64,000 nucleotides of DNA from Armatimonadota bacterium (GCA_037445735.1 JBBIJY010000009.1:35241-99240); one strand, 5' to 3'; counted from the first letter of the stretch, positions 1-10,058 are shown. Numbers and translations: made by a program. Notes: generated by a model from the sequence alone, not told the origin.

Positions 1-1
1 G

Positions 2-745
2 GCAATTGTGCTGGCAGGTGGGGCGACCGATGAGCAGTGGCGGGCAGCGAGCGGCGCGGAGTCGCGCGCGCTGGTGCCCATCGAGGGCGAGCCGATGTAT
101 CGGCGGGTGCTGCGCGCGTTAAAGGGCGTGCCGGAAATCGCGCATATTCTGGTGGTGGGTGATGTGCCGCCCGGTGAGGGCTATGAGGTGCTGCCTGCGC
201 CTGAAGGCGGTCTGATGGCGAGCGTGCGCGTCGGGCTGGAAGCCAGCCCGACCGAATCGGTGCTGTTTGTAACGGTCGATGTGCCCTTTTTGACGGCGGA
301 GAGCGTGCGGTTCTTTCTGCAAGCGAGCCTGCGCAGTGGGGCGGCGCTGACCTACGCGGTGGTGCCAGCGGAGGTGTGCCGTGAGCGGTTTCCCCAGATG
401 AAGCGCACGACGGTTCGGTTGCGCGAGGGCGAGCTGACGGGCGGCAACCTCTTCTGGGCGCAGCGCTCGGTGGCGTTGCGCGAATTGCCGCGCCTGCAGG
501 CGGTCTATGCCGCTCGCAAGCAGCCGTTGCGCCTCGCGCTGATTGTGGGGCTGGGCATACTGGTGCGCTTTGTGCTGGCGCAGTGGCTCTCGCCCCGCTT
601 TTTGAGCATCAGCGATGTTGAGCGTCGCGCGGAGCGGCTGCTCGGCGTGCCCGGACGCGCCATCATCTGCCCCTACGCCGAAATCGGCACCGACATCGAC
701 ACCCTCCAGCAGTGGCAACAGGTGATGGGCGGTTGCAGGAATTAA
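2..745 (+). CDS. MobA-like NTP transferase / nucleotidyltransferase family protein (5' end outside window)
   Basis: Frame open from the window start: AIVLAGG...RALVPIEGEPM, VDVP and DIDT motifs. Confidence 0.75.
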   Translation, partial: AIVLAGGATDEQWRAASGAESRALVPIEGEPMYRRVLRALKGVPEIAHILVVGDVPPGEGYEVLPAPEGGLMASVRVGLEASPTESVLFVTVDVPFLTAESVRFFLQASLRSGAALTYAVVPAEVCRERFPQMKRTTVRLREGELTGGNLFWAQRSVALRELPRLQAVYAARKQPLRLALIVGLGILVRFVLAQWLSPRFLSISDVERRAERLLGVPGRAIICPYAEIGTDIDTLQQWQQVMGGCRN

Positions 746-763
746 CTATCAATCTATTCGAAA

Positions 764-790
764 GTAGGGGCGCGGAGACCACACCCCTAC
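764..790. repeat. GTAG-type REP-like hairpin
   Basis: GTAGGGG-cgcggagaccaca-CCCCTAC palindrome. Confidence 0.5.
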
Positions 791-828
791 TGCATAGCTA
801 AGGCAGCGCAACACCGATGCCGTCCTAA

Positions 829-3708
829 CTAAAACTCTTCCTCTTTATAGTGAACCAACGCAATCCCGCCAATGTAAAACGATCCCGGTCCTGCCGAAAA
901 AATGTTTCTAATATCTATGTAAACCCTCTCTATTTGATTGGAACAGATATACTCTGTGTTGTACCCTATAGGCTCTTCATTAACCCAATTAGAGGTATAC
1001 CGAGAGAAAGGCAGCATGATACTAAGCAGGTGCCACTTGCCATCCCCTGCGGGCACATAAGCAGTTCCAACATGCGTGATCCCATAATCCTGTCCTTGAT
1101 TATTTAGATACTCTTCCAAACTGGCACCAACTGAATACAATCGTTCTGTGCCATAGTACCAAGCCACCACTTCCGTCAACGCACGCTCAGATAGTGGCGG
1201 CAGCTGTATTGGTGGTTGCACATTGGAGTCTATCTGCACAAACACGCTCTCCTCTCTTGCTGCAGAAGGACCCAGCCCGTATCCATTCCAATCAAACTGC
1301 ACAGCTCCAAATCGATAATCTATCTTCGCAACAGCAGGTGGTGTCATGATTGGATCACCCCCTTCAAAAGTCGTCGGTGGCGCAACAAAACTCAGGCTAA
1401 ACCAAGGCGGTGGTGCGCAGCTGGGGCGATCGCTCCAGCCTCTCCACGGACGCGCCCACTGACCTACTTTAAATCGATCACCGTTTGGATTTGTTGGATT
1501 AGAAACAAAATGATCACATGACAAGCATGGATCCGGCCAGTCTTGTAGAGAACTACCCCAATCACCCGCATCTCGCCAGCTGAAAAGCAAGGTCACATGC
1601 CGTGGACCCCACTCCGCCACTATATTATTTAATAAACTATCCAGTAACTGAATTTTCTCTATTGTTACCCACTGAGTAACATCCTCAGCGGCAATCCTAA
1701 ACGGCACTAACACCGTGCCTCCTGCTGGGATTGAAACGGACCGCAAAATGGGCTGCTGTTGCCCGCTGACCCAAATAGCCGCTGTACCCTGCCAGCTCTC
1801 TTCGCTATATGATTGTAAGCGCAATGCGAACATTGGAACATCGAGCCGAGTCGGTACACTTATCTGCCCTCGCACAGGCACGATTTTGCACTCAATTGGG
1901 TTTATGACCGAGACCCAGATACTGCGGCGGCTTGCCAGGGGCGGGTCGAAGCTATTCCCCCAACCAAAAGCCAACTGTGCCTGCAACTCTTGAGATGCCC
2001 GTCGAAACCGCCATGGAAGCACTATCCGATTGCGGAACCACGCGCTATTGCCTTGCCGATTGAGGGTGAAAGTTACTGAAAGGTTTACTCCTCGCCCTTG
2101 CAACAGCAGCAGCCCTTTATCGGGAAGGGTAGGTAATCCATTGCGTGAGGTGGGAGAATAGCCCTCCACAATCAACTCCAGATTGCCTCCCGCGCGCACC
2201 ACCGCTTGCTCCGAGACACGCCACGAAATCTCTGGCAACGAGCGCGGGTGGAAACGATCCAGCAGATAGTAAAATGGTGCAGCATTATATGGTAAGGGTA
2301 AGGCATCACTCTGATCACAAGTTGTAGGGCAGCCATAAGAACCGTAGCGGATTAGGTCAGGATCATAGTATGGACACGGCATATCAAAGAAGTCTGCCCA
2401 GAGAGGAATCCGCAGAGGAACATTATCGCCCAGCGCAAAGAAGCTATTACTGGCAGCTCCGTAACCGATCAAAAGACTATATTCCTCTGCAGCTTTACCC
2501 AAGAAGTTGTACCAAACCCCTGATGCCCCATAAATGGGCAGTATTGGCGAATCTGCACCTGTGCGAACCCGTCCGTGTCGATCCCAAACCACAATCAGCC
2601 ACTCCTTGGGAGCTAAACCCGTAGGCGAATGTTTGCGCTTGCGATATATCAGCACCCATAAATCGGGATCATCCAGCCGCATCCGTGTCCAATAATCATA
2701 TTCCCAGAAAAACTTCGCGAAATTCAAAACAGAGTAATAAGCCAGTGTCTTTTGTTGCCCACGATCATCCGAGAAGAGAATCAAGGAATAATTCGTATCA
2801 CCTGCAGCATCAAAATTGTAGATATAAAGTGGTACATTGCATGCCTGATGGATTAATAGATACCGCTGTAAGTACTTTGCTGCACGCCGCACTTGCCAGT
2901 TTTCAAAATTAAGTAGCACCTCGCATGGCAACCAAGGATTATGGACTGGGTCAATTGCCCCTGGCCAAGCGTTTCCCTCGTTCGCAACTATGCCCCGCTC
3001 TTCGCCCGCATAGCGCCCGATTACCGAACGCAAATAGGCATAGTAGGGCACCAAACTTTCGGGAGTTAACAACCGATACGGGTGAACTGCTTGCACATCG
3101 CCATAGTTCCACAAACCCGCTTTATAACACTCCTCCAGATAATCGCCAAAACCATCCACCCGATGCCAAAAGACTGGCGCAGGCAGATAGAGCAATGCTT
3201 GAGCGCCTAACATACTATTCCGCAGCGGGACATGCTTTTGATAGAACGCCACCATCTGTTCTGGCTCCACCAACATCGGGCGAAACCATGCTCCCGGCTC
3301 GTTAATCAGTTCTAACCCTATCACGCGACCAGAATTACCTCCAGCTTGACTGAGCTGTGCCAAGAAATCGGCTATTTGCAACTCGCTATACTTCAATCCG
3401 CTGTCAGTCCACGGAAGTCCCCCACGCCAAAAACCGCCTCCATCTGTATACCGAAGAAACTGAAAATATGTTCCTACTTTAATCAAACCAGCAAGGTTGT
3501 TGGAATGTCCTCCTCGTGCCACGCGGAAACCAAGAGCACTCCAGTCTGGAACCCAGTTATAGTTACCACGATACCAAGGTGTTCCGGATCCAAAGAACAC
3601 TGGAATAAGCGGTTCTGTGTTTGGCGAAGTCTGTAGTTGCGCTTGCACGACTTGCAACAGCAGCAAGCCAACGCCTATCAGCCAACCAAGCCGTTTGCTC
3701 TGCATCAT
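829..3708 (-). CDS. Large secreted protein with a putative clan GH-A glycoside hydrolase-like TIM barrel
   Basis: 959 aa ORF, signal peptide, ELINEP / VHPY / IVANEG motifs, AGGAGG SD. Confidence 0.6.
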   Translation of the reverse strand: MMQSKRLGWLIGVGLLLLQVVQAQLQTSPNTEPLIPVFFGSGTPWYRGNYNWVPDWSALGFRVARGGHSNNLAGLIKVGTYFQFLRYTDGGGFWRGGLPWTDSGLKYSELQIADFLAQLSQAGGNSGRVIGLELINEPGAWFRPMLVEPEQMVAFYQKHVPLRNSMLGAQALLYLPAPVFWHRVDGFGDYLEECYKAGLWNYGDVQAVHPYRLLTPESLVPYYAYLRSVIGRYAGEERGIVANEGNAWPGAIDPVHNPWLPCEVLLNFENWQVRRAAKYLQRYLLIHQACNVPLYIYNFDAAGDTNYSLILFSDDRGQQKTLAYYSVLNFAKFFWEYDYWTRMRLDDPDLWVLIYRKRKHSPTGLAPKEWLIVVWDRHGRVRTGADSPILPIYGASGVWYNFLGKAAEEYSLLIGYGAASNSFFALGDNVPLRIPLWADFFDMPCPYYDPDLIRYGSYGCPTTCDQSDALPLPYNAAPFYYLLDRFHPRSLPEISWRVSEQAVVRAGGNLELIVEGYSPTSRNGLPTLPDKGLLLLQGRGVNLSVTFTLNRQGNSAWFRNRIVLPWRFRRASQELQAQLAFGWGNSFDPPLASRRSIWVSVINPIECKIVPVRGQISVPTRLDVPMFALRLQSYSEESWQGTAAIWVSGQQQPILRSVSIPAGGTVLVPFRIAAEDVTQWVTIEKIQLLDSLLNNIVAEWGPRHVTLLFSWRDAGDWGSSLQDWPDPCLSCDHFVSNPTNPNGDRFKVGQWARPWRGWSDRPSCAPPPWFSLSFVAPPTTFEGGDPIMTPPAVAKIDYRFGAVQFDWNGYGLGPSAAREESVFVQIDSNVQPPIQLPPLSERALTEVVAWYYGTERLYSVGASLEEYLNNQGQDYGITHVGTAYVPAGDGKWHLLSIMLPFSRYTSNWVNEEPIGYNTEYICSNQIERVYIDIRNIFSAGPGSFYIGGIALVHYKEEEF

Positions 3709-5300
3709 TGTTCACCTCCTAAGGTCCATTGCCCCTTCAGCAGAAGAGAGGGTGTGCTGCTATTCGGCGCTAACCGAACCCCTACATCCACATATCGGTT
3801 GATCAGGTCGCGCCGAAACTGCATCTGCAACTCTGTGTAAGACGGGGGGCTGCTCCCCATCTCCGTGATACAGCGAGAGGCACTCCACAGCAGGTTCCCA
3901 TATGCATCGCGCCACTCCACCAAGATGCCCCCTGCTGACTGACACGGCTGCCATAACACCCAACCAAAACTTCCGTTCTCAAATGCTTGCATCGCTAAAA
4001 CCTGTCCTGTGCTATTGGAAGGATCACGTGTCACACACACTATTCGTGTTGCTGGATTGTTCTGCGTGGGATCAAAACGCCATACCTCACTGCAAGAGGT
4101 TGAATTGTTACAACAAGGATTGTTGGGATTGTTGAAACGCAACAGTGCAATATATGCCTTATCTCCTATAGAATCTAATCCAACTAATTTACCATTAATA
4201 CCCCACTCTCCCACGATGCTGCCATCCACTAAACTAAGCGCGATTACACGAGACGGAAGCATCTCATCAAAACCAATAAATAGGTAGCTTGCCCCAAAGC
4301 GAACCCAGGTGTCTCCATCGGCTGTTAACCATTGCGCCCATCTAACAGCCCCAGACGAATCTAATAGAACTACAACGCACCCGGAATTTCCTTGCTGCTG
4401 CCGTGCACGAAGTATCATAGCCACTTCACCAGTAGCACTTACGGCAGCTGCCTTCAAATAATCAATGCTCTTCAGATTGAGTGAGGAATTAATTCTATTC
4501 AATTCCTGATAATGCAAACGAGCGCCTCCTATGACCTTGGAAGGCTGCACCGAAAGACGAATTACTTCGCCAAATCTATCTGGAAAGTTACAAGACCCTC
4601 CGGTTCCGCTACGGAACAGGAACAGCTGATTGCTCGCAAGATAAAGCCCATACGCTTGGGTATGGACAGCCCAATCATAGGCAAAAACACGCTCCAGTAA
4701 ATGCTTACCATCACTGGCACGCAACTGCTCATATACCAGAGTGCGTACAGACCAGCGGCGACAGTCATCACGATTAGAGATGTCCGCATCTCGAAACGCC
4801 CCTAACAACACATGCAACAACCCATCTTTTAGAGCTAAAGTCGGACCAGCTATCCGATTACCTTTGCGTGGATCTATACACGGATTATACGGATCAGGAT
4901 CAATGGGTAAAAAGAACGGCGCTTGAAACGCATCTATAGATACATTGCTGCCATTGCTGTCGAAACAATTTGTATTACAGCAATCTAAACCGCTCGGTAA
5001 TGGTTCTGGTGCAAAGGTGCAGTTAAAGCGATACAGCCCATCCTGCACCCAGACATCCTGCCCCGCGGCAGAAATACGCTTCACCACATTCGCATTTACA
5101 GCACTCGCCCCAGTACCACACAGAACGGTAACGGGCTGGGAGTAGTGGACATAGACCTCGCCTGACGGTCCCAACAGCCAGCTCGTCCGCGAGGGCACTT
5201 GCCGCGACCACTGCCAATCGGCATGCGCCACACCCACTATCACCGCTATCACCGCTAAGCCCATTAGTTGCTCATACACTCCGCGCTTTCTCGCTTGCAT
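3705..5300 (-). CDS. Secreted Cys-rich hypothetical protein, possibly beta-propeller
   Basis: Long ORF, GGAGG SD before ATG 5300, signal peptide ending AHA, DSSGAVRW / DAYGNLLW-type repeats. Confidence 0.6.
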   Translation of the reverse strand: MQARKRGVYEQLMGLAVIAVIVGVAHADWQWSRQVPSRTSWLLGPSGEVYVHYSQPVTVLCGTGASAVNANVVKRISAAGQDVWVQDGLYRFNCTFAPEPLPSGLDCCNTNCFDSNGSNVSIDAFQAPFFLPIDPDPYNPCIDPRKGNRIAGPTLALKDGLLHVLLGAFRDADISNRDDCRRWSVRTLVYEQLRASDGKHLLERVFAYDWAVHTQAYGLYLASNQLFLFRSGTGGSCNFPDRFGEVIRLSVQPSKVIGGARLHYQELNRINSSLNLKSIDYLKAAAVSATGEVAMILRARQQQGNSGCVVVLLDSSGAVRWAQWLTADGDTWVRFGASYLFIGFDEMLPSRVIALSLVDGSIVGEWGINGKLVGLDSIGDKAYIALLRFNNPNNPCCNNSTSCSEVWRFDPTQNNPATRIVCVTRDPSNSTGQVLAMQAFENGSFGWVLWQPCQSAGGILVEWRDAYGNLLWSASRCITEMGSSPPSYTELQMQFRRDLINRYVDVGVRLAPNSSTPSLLLKGQWTLGGEQ

Positions 5301-5334
5301 CTCTCTACACCTCCACACTTCTTATTGCAGAGGA

Positions 5335-5360
5335 TGGGGGCGTTTCACCGAACGCCCCCA
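5335..5360. repeat. REP-like/terminator hairpin
   Basis: TGGGGGCGTT-tcaccg-AACGCCCCCA perfect inverted repeat. Confidence 0.5.
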
Positions 5361-5372
5361 CCGCTGACTGCA

Positions 5373-7424
5373 CTACGGCGAGCAGCCTAATCCAAAGTTG
5401 AACAATACAATCAACAGATCATCATCATTTACTTCTCCATTGCAGTCCACATCACCTGCGCCGGGTTTGAACTGGGAAGAATAATCATATGTGGTGCCAA
5501 AGTAGAAAAGCACTTGCAACAGGTCGTCGTCGTCCACGCAACAGTTGCCTAGCAAGTAGGGAGGAGTGTCGATATTGTATGGTGCGACATCACCGTCCCT
5601 CCAGCCTACACCGTTTGGACAAACACTGTCGGAACACGGGTCAATTTTGCACCCAACACGAACAGGATAGTCCAAGGTGCCAACTTCTACAGTGGCAGGA
5701 CGCTCTGCAATCCGATCGCCCACCGGAGTAGCATAAACGGTAAAACTAGGCAAGTGGCCGGGATTATCTGTACAAACGATGCGCGGCTCAAAAGAAATAT
5801 TACACCTCCTATTTGGCATATCCAGCATCGTCTGCCGATCCCACGGCCAGAAGCCAAGAGCAGGCAAATATACGTAGCCGTTTTGGCAGTTGCCTCCTAT
5901 GGCAACATTGGTGTCGTCGCCAAAAACAATATAGCTACCCATCGTAGCAAACAGAAATGCCCTATCGCCCACATCCCAGCAGTCTGGTGAAAACATAGGA
6001 TAACAAACCGCCTGGCACTTTATCGGCGTGATACCACTGTCATCTATGGAGTAGAGAAGGCCAGGATCTCCAATCCTCCACAACCATTGCCCACCAACTG
6101 GAACACGAGCATAGGTATCGCTTGGACCAAATGGTCCAGTCGATGCCCATAGCGGATTGCCATTGGTTGCATCCACATAGGTCAGGAAGGGTGTCTGGTA
6201 GCCCCAGGCGGTCAGCAGACGCAGCCCGCTGCTATTGCTGTCATCCACAGCCACAAAAAATGCGCCTGCATACTGTGGATCGGAATAAGAACCATCTCTG
6301 TTCAGGAGGCGGTACATGCGTGCCCAGCGTACCCGACCATCTAACCTAAAGCGTACTAACACGGGGTTTCCAATCGGTCGTGATTCGTTCAGGCGTATGT
6401 TTGTGAAGAGGATGGCATACTCATCGGGTGCGCCATCAACGGGCGGCAGGGCAGCAATTGGACCCACATTCGCGCTTCCACCACCGCCTCCAAACACTCC
6501 AAGCGGGATCTCACCAGCCGAGACCCCACATATGGGTCGCGCGGGCACAACTTCATCTTCTATGAACGCGCTCAACTCCCACGCGCCTATCAGGTTGCCA
6601 TCCCCATCAAGAGCAACAAAGCGCGGCCGTGTGTAAAAGAGATTTCCTTGACCCCACACCAGTATAGACGAGATGTATCTATCCCGACGAACCACACTGA
6701 GTGGCAATATCGCTGGCTGCTGCACGAACGCCCACGCACCAAACACAGGGTGATCAGCACTGTCTGTATAGGCAAAATATTTGGCTTGGATCTGACCTGC
6801 TAACACCTGTGGACTCATCGTGTAAAACCTGTCGGGCAAGATGATGAGGAAACTACTGTGCGCGAACAGATACCATTTAGCAGGAATGATCCCGCCACTC
6901 CATATTCTCGGCGGCTGGTATACCAGCTGCGCTCGCAACGGATAGGATGGCGTTAGCGAACCACTCACGCGAGGACGAAAGGTCAGCACATTTCGGATAG
7001 TCAACCGAAGCGGCAAGCCACCGTAGCTGAAGTAAACAATGTGAATCGGAGCATAGCGCGGGTCGCGATGTACAGGGTCGTTCGGATCCTCGAAGCGTGT
7101 CCCTGAAGGATAATTCAGGTTCACAAACACCGCTAAGAACTCGTCCTCACCAGTTTCACGCGACACACCCAGATAGTGCAGATCAGTGATGTCAAGCATG
7201 TGATTGTTGTACCACATCTCCGGGTCACTGAAGATGAAGCCATAGTCGCCTGGTAAAGGTGCAGGGAGCTGGGCATAGAGACACGCAGCAAGAAGAGCAA
7301 GGACAGTACCAAGCAGCCACTTGGGGTTACCCCTTGCCCTAAACGATGCACTTGGTCGCCAAATTCGATTCTCCATCCCTTCAGCAGCTACCTGTCGCTC
7401 TGCCATCATCACACGCCGTTTCAT
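5373..7424 (-). CDS. Secreted protein with C-terminal dockerin-like duplicated Ca-binding motif
   Basis: GAGGAGG SD before ATG 7424; hydrophobic signal; C-terminal GDV...VDDDDLLQVLFYFG...GDVDCNGEVNDDDLLIVLFNFG. Confidence 0.7.
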   Translation of the reverse strand: MKRRVMMAERQVAAEGMENRIWRPSASFRARGNPKWLLGTVLALLAACLYAQLPAPLPGDYGFIFSDPEMWYNNHMLDITDLHYLGVSRETGEDEFLAVFVNLNYPSGTRFEDPNDPVHRDPRYAPIHIVYFSYGGLPLRLTIRNVLTFRPRVSGSLTPSYPLRAQLVYQPPRIWSGGIIPAKWYLFAHSSFLIILPDRFYTMSPQVLAGQIQAKYFAYTDSADHPVFGAWAFVQQPAILPLSVVRRDRYISSILVWGQGNLFYTRPRFVALDGDGNLIGAWELSAFIEDEVVPARPICGVSAGEIPLGVFGGGGGSANVGPIAALPPVDGAPDEYAILFTNIRLNESRPIGNPVLVRFRLDGRVRWARMYRLLNRDGSYSDPQYAGAFFVAVDDSNSSGLRLLTAWGYQTPFLTYVDATNGNPLWASTGPFGPSDTYARVPVGGQWLWRIGDPGLLYSIDDSGITPIKCQAVCYPMFSPDCWDVGDRAFLFATMGSYIVFGDDTNVAIGGNCQNGYVYLPALGFWPWDRQTMLDMPNRRCNISFEPRIVCTDNPGHLPSFTVYATPVGDRIAERPATVEVGTLDYPVRVGCKIDPCSDSVCPNGVGWRDGDVAPYNIDTPPYLLGNCCVDDDDLLQVLFYFGTTYDYSSQFKPGAGDVDCNGEVNDDDLLIVLFNFGLGCSP

Positions 7425-7590
7425 GTCCTTTACCTCCTCAATCACGATTATGCACGATATCGATCCGCACATCGTTGCGAAATCGTTTCATAAATTACAA
7501 TATTATCACTATATAGAGCAATACGGGATTAAATCCGTCGGCAGGAATCCATCTCCAACTGGCGAATTCCTTATGAAGCGTGGGCAGCGA

Positions 7591-7616
7591 GTAGGGTGCA
7601 GTGACTGCGCCCGTAC
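7591..7616. repeat. GTAG-type REP-like hairpin (imperfect)
   Basis: GTAGGGTGCA-gtgac-TGCGCCCGTAC. Confidence 0.35.
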
Positions 7617-7653
7617 TCCAGATTATCTCCCACGCTCAGTAAGGAGGGATAGA

Positions 7654-8886
7654 ATGATGCGACTGATACAGAGCAGTCCGAACGAGCGAGTGCGGATGGC
7701 AATCATCGGCTGTGGCGGCATCGGACGCCACCACTATCGCGTGTTCACCACACACGGCGGCACAATGTGCGAGTTCGTCGCGGTGGCAGACCCCCACCGC
7801 AAGCAGATCGCCGAGTTCCTGCAGATGGCGCAACGCCCGCTGGACACCTACACCGACTATCGCCGCATTCTGGAGCGCAAGGATGTGGACGCAGTGGTTG
7901 TCGCCACGCCCGACCACTGGCACGCGCGCATCACCATCGATGCGTGCGAAGCGGGCAAGCATGTCTATGTGGAGAAGCCCACCTCGCATAATGTGGTGGA
8001 GGGGCTGGCGATGGTGCATGCCGCCCGCGAACACAAGCGCGTGGTGATGGTCGGCTTGCAACAGCGCAGCGGCGAGCATTTCAAGGAAGCGGTCGAAATT
8101 GTGCGGTCGGGCAAACTGGGCAAAATCACGATGGTGCATTGCTGGAACATGGACAACGAGTCGCCCGACGGCATCGGCAACCCGCCCGATGGCGACCCGC
8201 CGCCCGAACTGGACTGGGATATGTGGCTGGGTCCCGCGCCCAAACGACCCTACAATCCGAACCGATGCCTTTTTAATTTCCGCTGGTTCTGGGACTACGC
8301 TGGCGGCAAGGTGACGGACTGGGGCGTGCATCTGATCGATATCGCGGTGTGGGCGATGGGCGATCACAACCCCATCGAGGTGTCGGCGTCGGGCGGCAAG
8401 TTCGCCCTGCGCGACAATCGGGAGACGCCCGACACGGTGGAGTGCCTGTTCCGCTTCAAGGACTGGCTGCTGGTCTACTCTCATCGGGCGGCGAACGCTT
8501 TTCCTGCCAACGGGCGCGGCTACGGCACGATGTTCTTCGGCACGAACGGCAGCCTTTTTGTGGATCGGGGCGGGCTGCAGGTTCATCCCGAAGGGGAGCG
8601 CATCCCTGCCTATCAGCGGGGCGGCTCGCCGCAGAGCGAACCGCACGCGGTGAACTTCCTGCGGGCGATCCGCGAGGGCGTGCCGCTGGCGTGCGATATT
8701 CTCACTGGCGTGCGCTCCACCATCGTGCCGCTGCTGGGCAACATCGCCTACCGCACGGGACGCACCATTCGGTGGGACGCGCAACGGGCGCAAATTATCG
8801 GCGACAGGGAGGCGAACGCGCTCCTTGCGCGCAACTGGCGGGCGCCGTGGGGCATCCCGAAACGCTATATCAAGCCCATCGGCTGA
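7654..8886 (+). CDS. Gfo/Idh/MocA family oxidoreductase
   Basis: IIGCGGIG, DAVVVATPDHWH, HVYVEKP, DWGVHLID; AAGGAGG SD upstream of ATG 7654. Confidence 0.92.
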   Translation: MMRLIQSSPNERVRMAIIGCGGIGRHHYRVFTTHGGTMCEFVAVADPHRKQIAEFLQMAQRPLDTYTDYRRILERKDVDAVVVATPDHWHARITIDACEAGKHVYVEKPTSHNVVEGLAMVHAAREHKRVVMVGLQQRSGEHFKEAVEIVRSGKLGKITMVHCWNMDNESPDGIGNPPDGDPPPELDWDMWLGPAPKRPYNPNRCLFNFRWFWDYAGGKVTDWGVHLIDIAVWAMGDHNPIEVSASGGKFALRDNRETPDTVECLFRFKDWLLVYSHRAANAFPANGRGYGTMFFGTNGSLFVDRGGLQVHPEGERIPAYQRGGSPQSEPHAVNFLRAIREGVPLACDILTGVRSTIVPLLGNIAYRTGRTIRWDAQRAQIIGDREANALLARNWRAPWGIPKRYIKPIG

Positions 8887-8945
8887 GGCTCACACTGTCG
8901 CATGGGCATCCTGCCCATAGCAAGCCCCCGAAAATCGGGCGAGGT

Positions 8946-9854
8946 TCACGCGCGCGGATGGGCGCGCTTGTAAACCTCCTTGAGGCGTTCAAGGTCGACC
9001 TGCGTATAGATTTGCGTGGTGGCGATGTCGCTGTGTCCGAGCAGCTCCTGCACGGTGCGCAAGTCGGCGCCGCCGCTGAGCAGATGTACGGCGAACGAGT
9101 GGCGCAGGGTGTGGGGCGAGATGTTTTTGGTGATGCCCGCACTGGCAGCGTAGAGCTTGACCTTGTTCCAGAAGGCGATTCGGCTCAGTTTGCCACCGCG
9201 CTCGTTGAGGAACACGCAGTCGGTTCCGTGCGGGCGGCGGTCGGGTTTGAGCAGTTTGGGTCGCGCTTCGCTGAGGTAGCGCTGGAGCCAGCCGGTGGCG
9301 TTCTCGGTGAGGGGCACGAGCCGCTCGCGCGACCGCTTGCCCTGCACGCGCAGCAGGCGGTCCGTTAGATTCAGATGCTCCATGCGCAGGTTCAGCAGTT
9401 CCGACACGCGCAGCCCTGTGGCGTACATCAGTTCCAGCATGGCGCGGTCGCGGATGCCGAGCGGGCTATCGAGCGGGGGCTGAAGCATCAGGCGGCGGAT
9501 TTCGCCTGGCGTGAGCGTGCTGGGCAGGGCGCGACGGGGCTTGACAGCGGTGAGCGCTTCGGGTGGCTCGTCGGTCAGCAGCCCGCGCCGATGGAGATAG
9601 CGCAGGAACGCGCGCGTCGCGCTCAGCTTGCGAGCAATGCTCGATTCGCTCATCGAACGGCGGCGCAGATAATAGAGGAAACCCTCCCAGAGGCTGGCGT
9701 CCCATTCGGCAGGCTCCAGCCGATCGGCGCGAACGAGATAATCGACAAACTGCGCCAGATCGGTGGCGTAGGCGTTCAGGGTGTGCGGCGAGAGTTGCCG
9801 CTCCCGCCGCAGATAGTCCAGAAAGCTGTCGACCCACTGCTCCCAGAGTGTCAT
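8946..9854 (-). CDS. xerD: Site-specific tyrosine recombinase XerD
   Basis: RDRAMLELMYATGLRVSEL, HTLRHSFAVHLL, LLGHSDIATTQIYT; homology begins at MTLWEQWVDSFLDYL. Confidence 0.88.
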   Translation of the reverse strand: MTLWEQWVDSFLDYLRRERQLSPHTLNAYATDLAQFVDYLVRADRLEPAEWDASLWEGFLYYLRRRSMSESSIARKLSATRAFLRYLHRRGLLTDEPPEALTAVKPRRALPSTLTPGEIRRLMLQPPLDSPLGIRDRAMLELMYATGLRVSELLNLRMEHLNLTDRLLRVQGKRSRERLVPLTENATGWLQRYLSEARPKLLKPDRRPHGTDCVFLNERGGKLSRIAFWNKVKLYAASAGITKNISPHTLRHSFAVHLLSGGADLRTVQELLGHSDIATTQIYTQVDLERLKEVYKRAHPRA

Positions 9855-9876
9855 CCCTCCCAGGTAGGCTACCAGC
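9848..9876 (-). CRISPR. Solitary degenerate CRISPR-type repeat containing the xerD ATG
   Basis: GCTGGTAGCCTACCTGGGAGGGATGACAC matches the repeat at 62843-62872 at 24/30 positions (manual alignment) and follows a homologous leader. Confidence 0.6.
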
Positions 9877-10028
9877 CAACCCCTGTAGCGGGCAGGCGTG
9901 AACACCCACCCACGCAGAGGCATCTCCCTGAACCCCAGTCGAACCCCTCACCCGATTGCAGGGTTCACACGCTCCTTTGCCCCTTTGGCGTTTATACTAT
10001 ACTTCAGCGATGACGGTGAAGTCAAGGG
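9877..10028 (-). promoter_or_regulatory. Promoter + leader module upstream of xerD, homologous to the leader before the pdxT mini-array
   Basis: TTGACT (10025-10020) -18 nt- TATAGT (10001-9996); ~80% identical to 62634-62787 by hand alignment. Confidence 0.75.
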
Positions 10029-10058
10029 ATGTCCAAAGATGTCCAGAGAGAAGGCAAA

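Noticed and set aside
7321-7653. Extended N-terminus of the Gfo/Idh/MocA ORF
   Set aside because: Overlaps the divergent gene start and promoter region; a strong SD precedes ATG 7654
8946-9854. Tyrosine recombinase as the integrase of the low-GC cassette or an integron integrase
   Set aside because: Size and motifs match housekeeping XerD; no IntI-specific insertion or convincing attC array; separated from the cassette by a host-like gene
9855-9923. N-terminal extension of XerD (ORF-track start 9923)
   Set aside because: It runs through the non-coding leader module homologous to 62634-62787; XerD-like sequence starts at Met 9854
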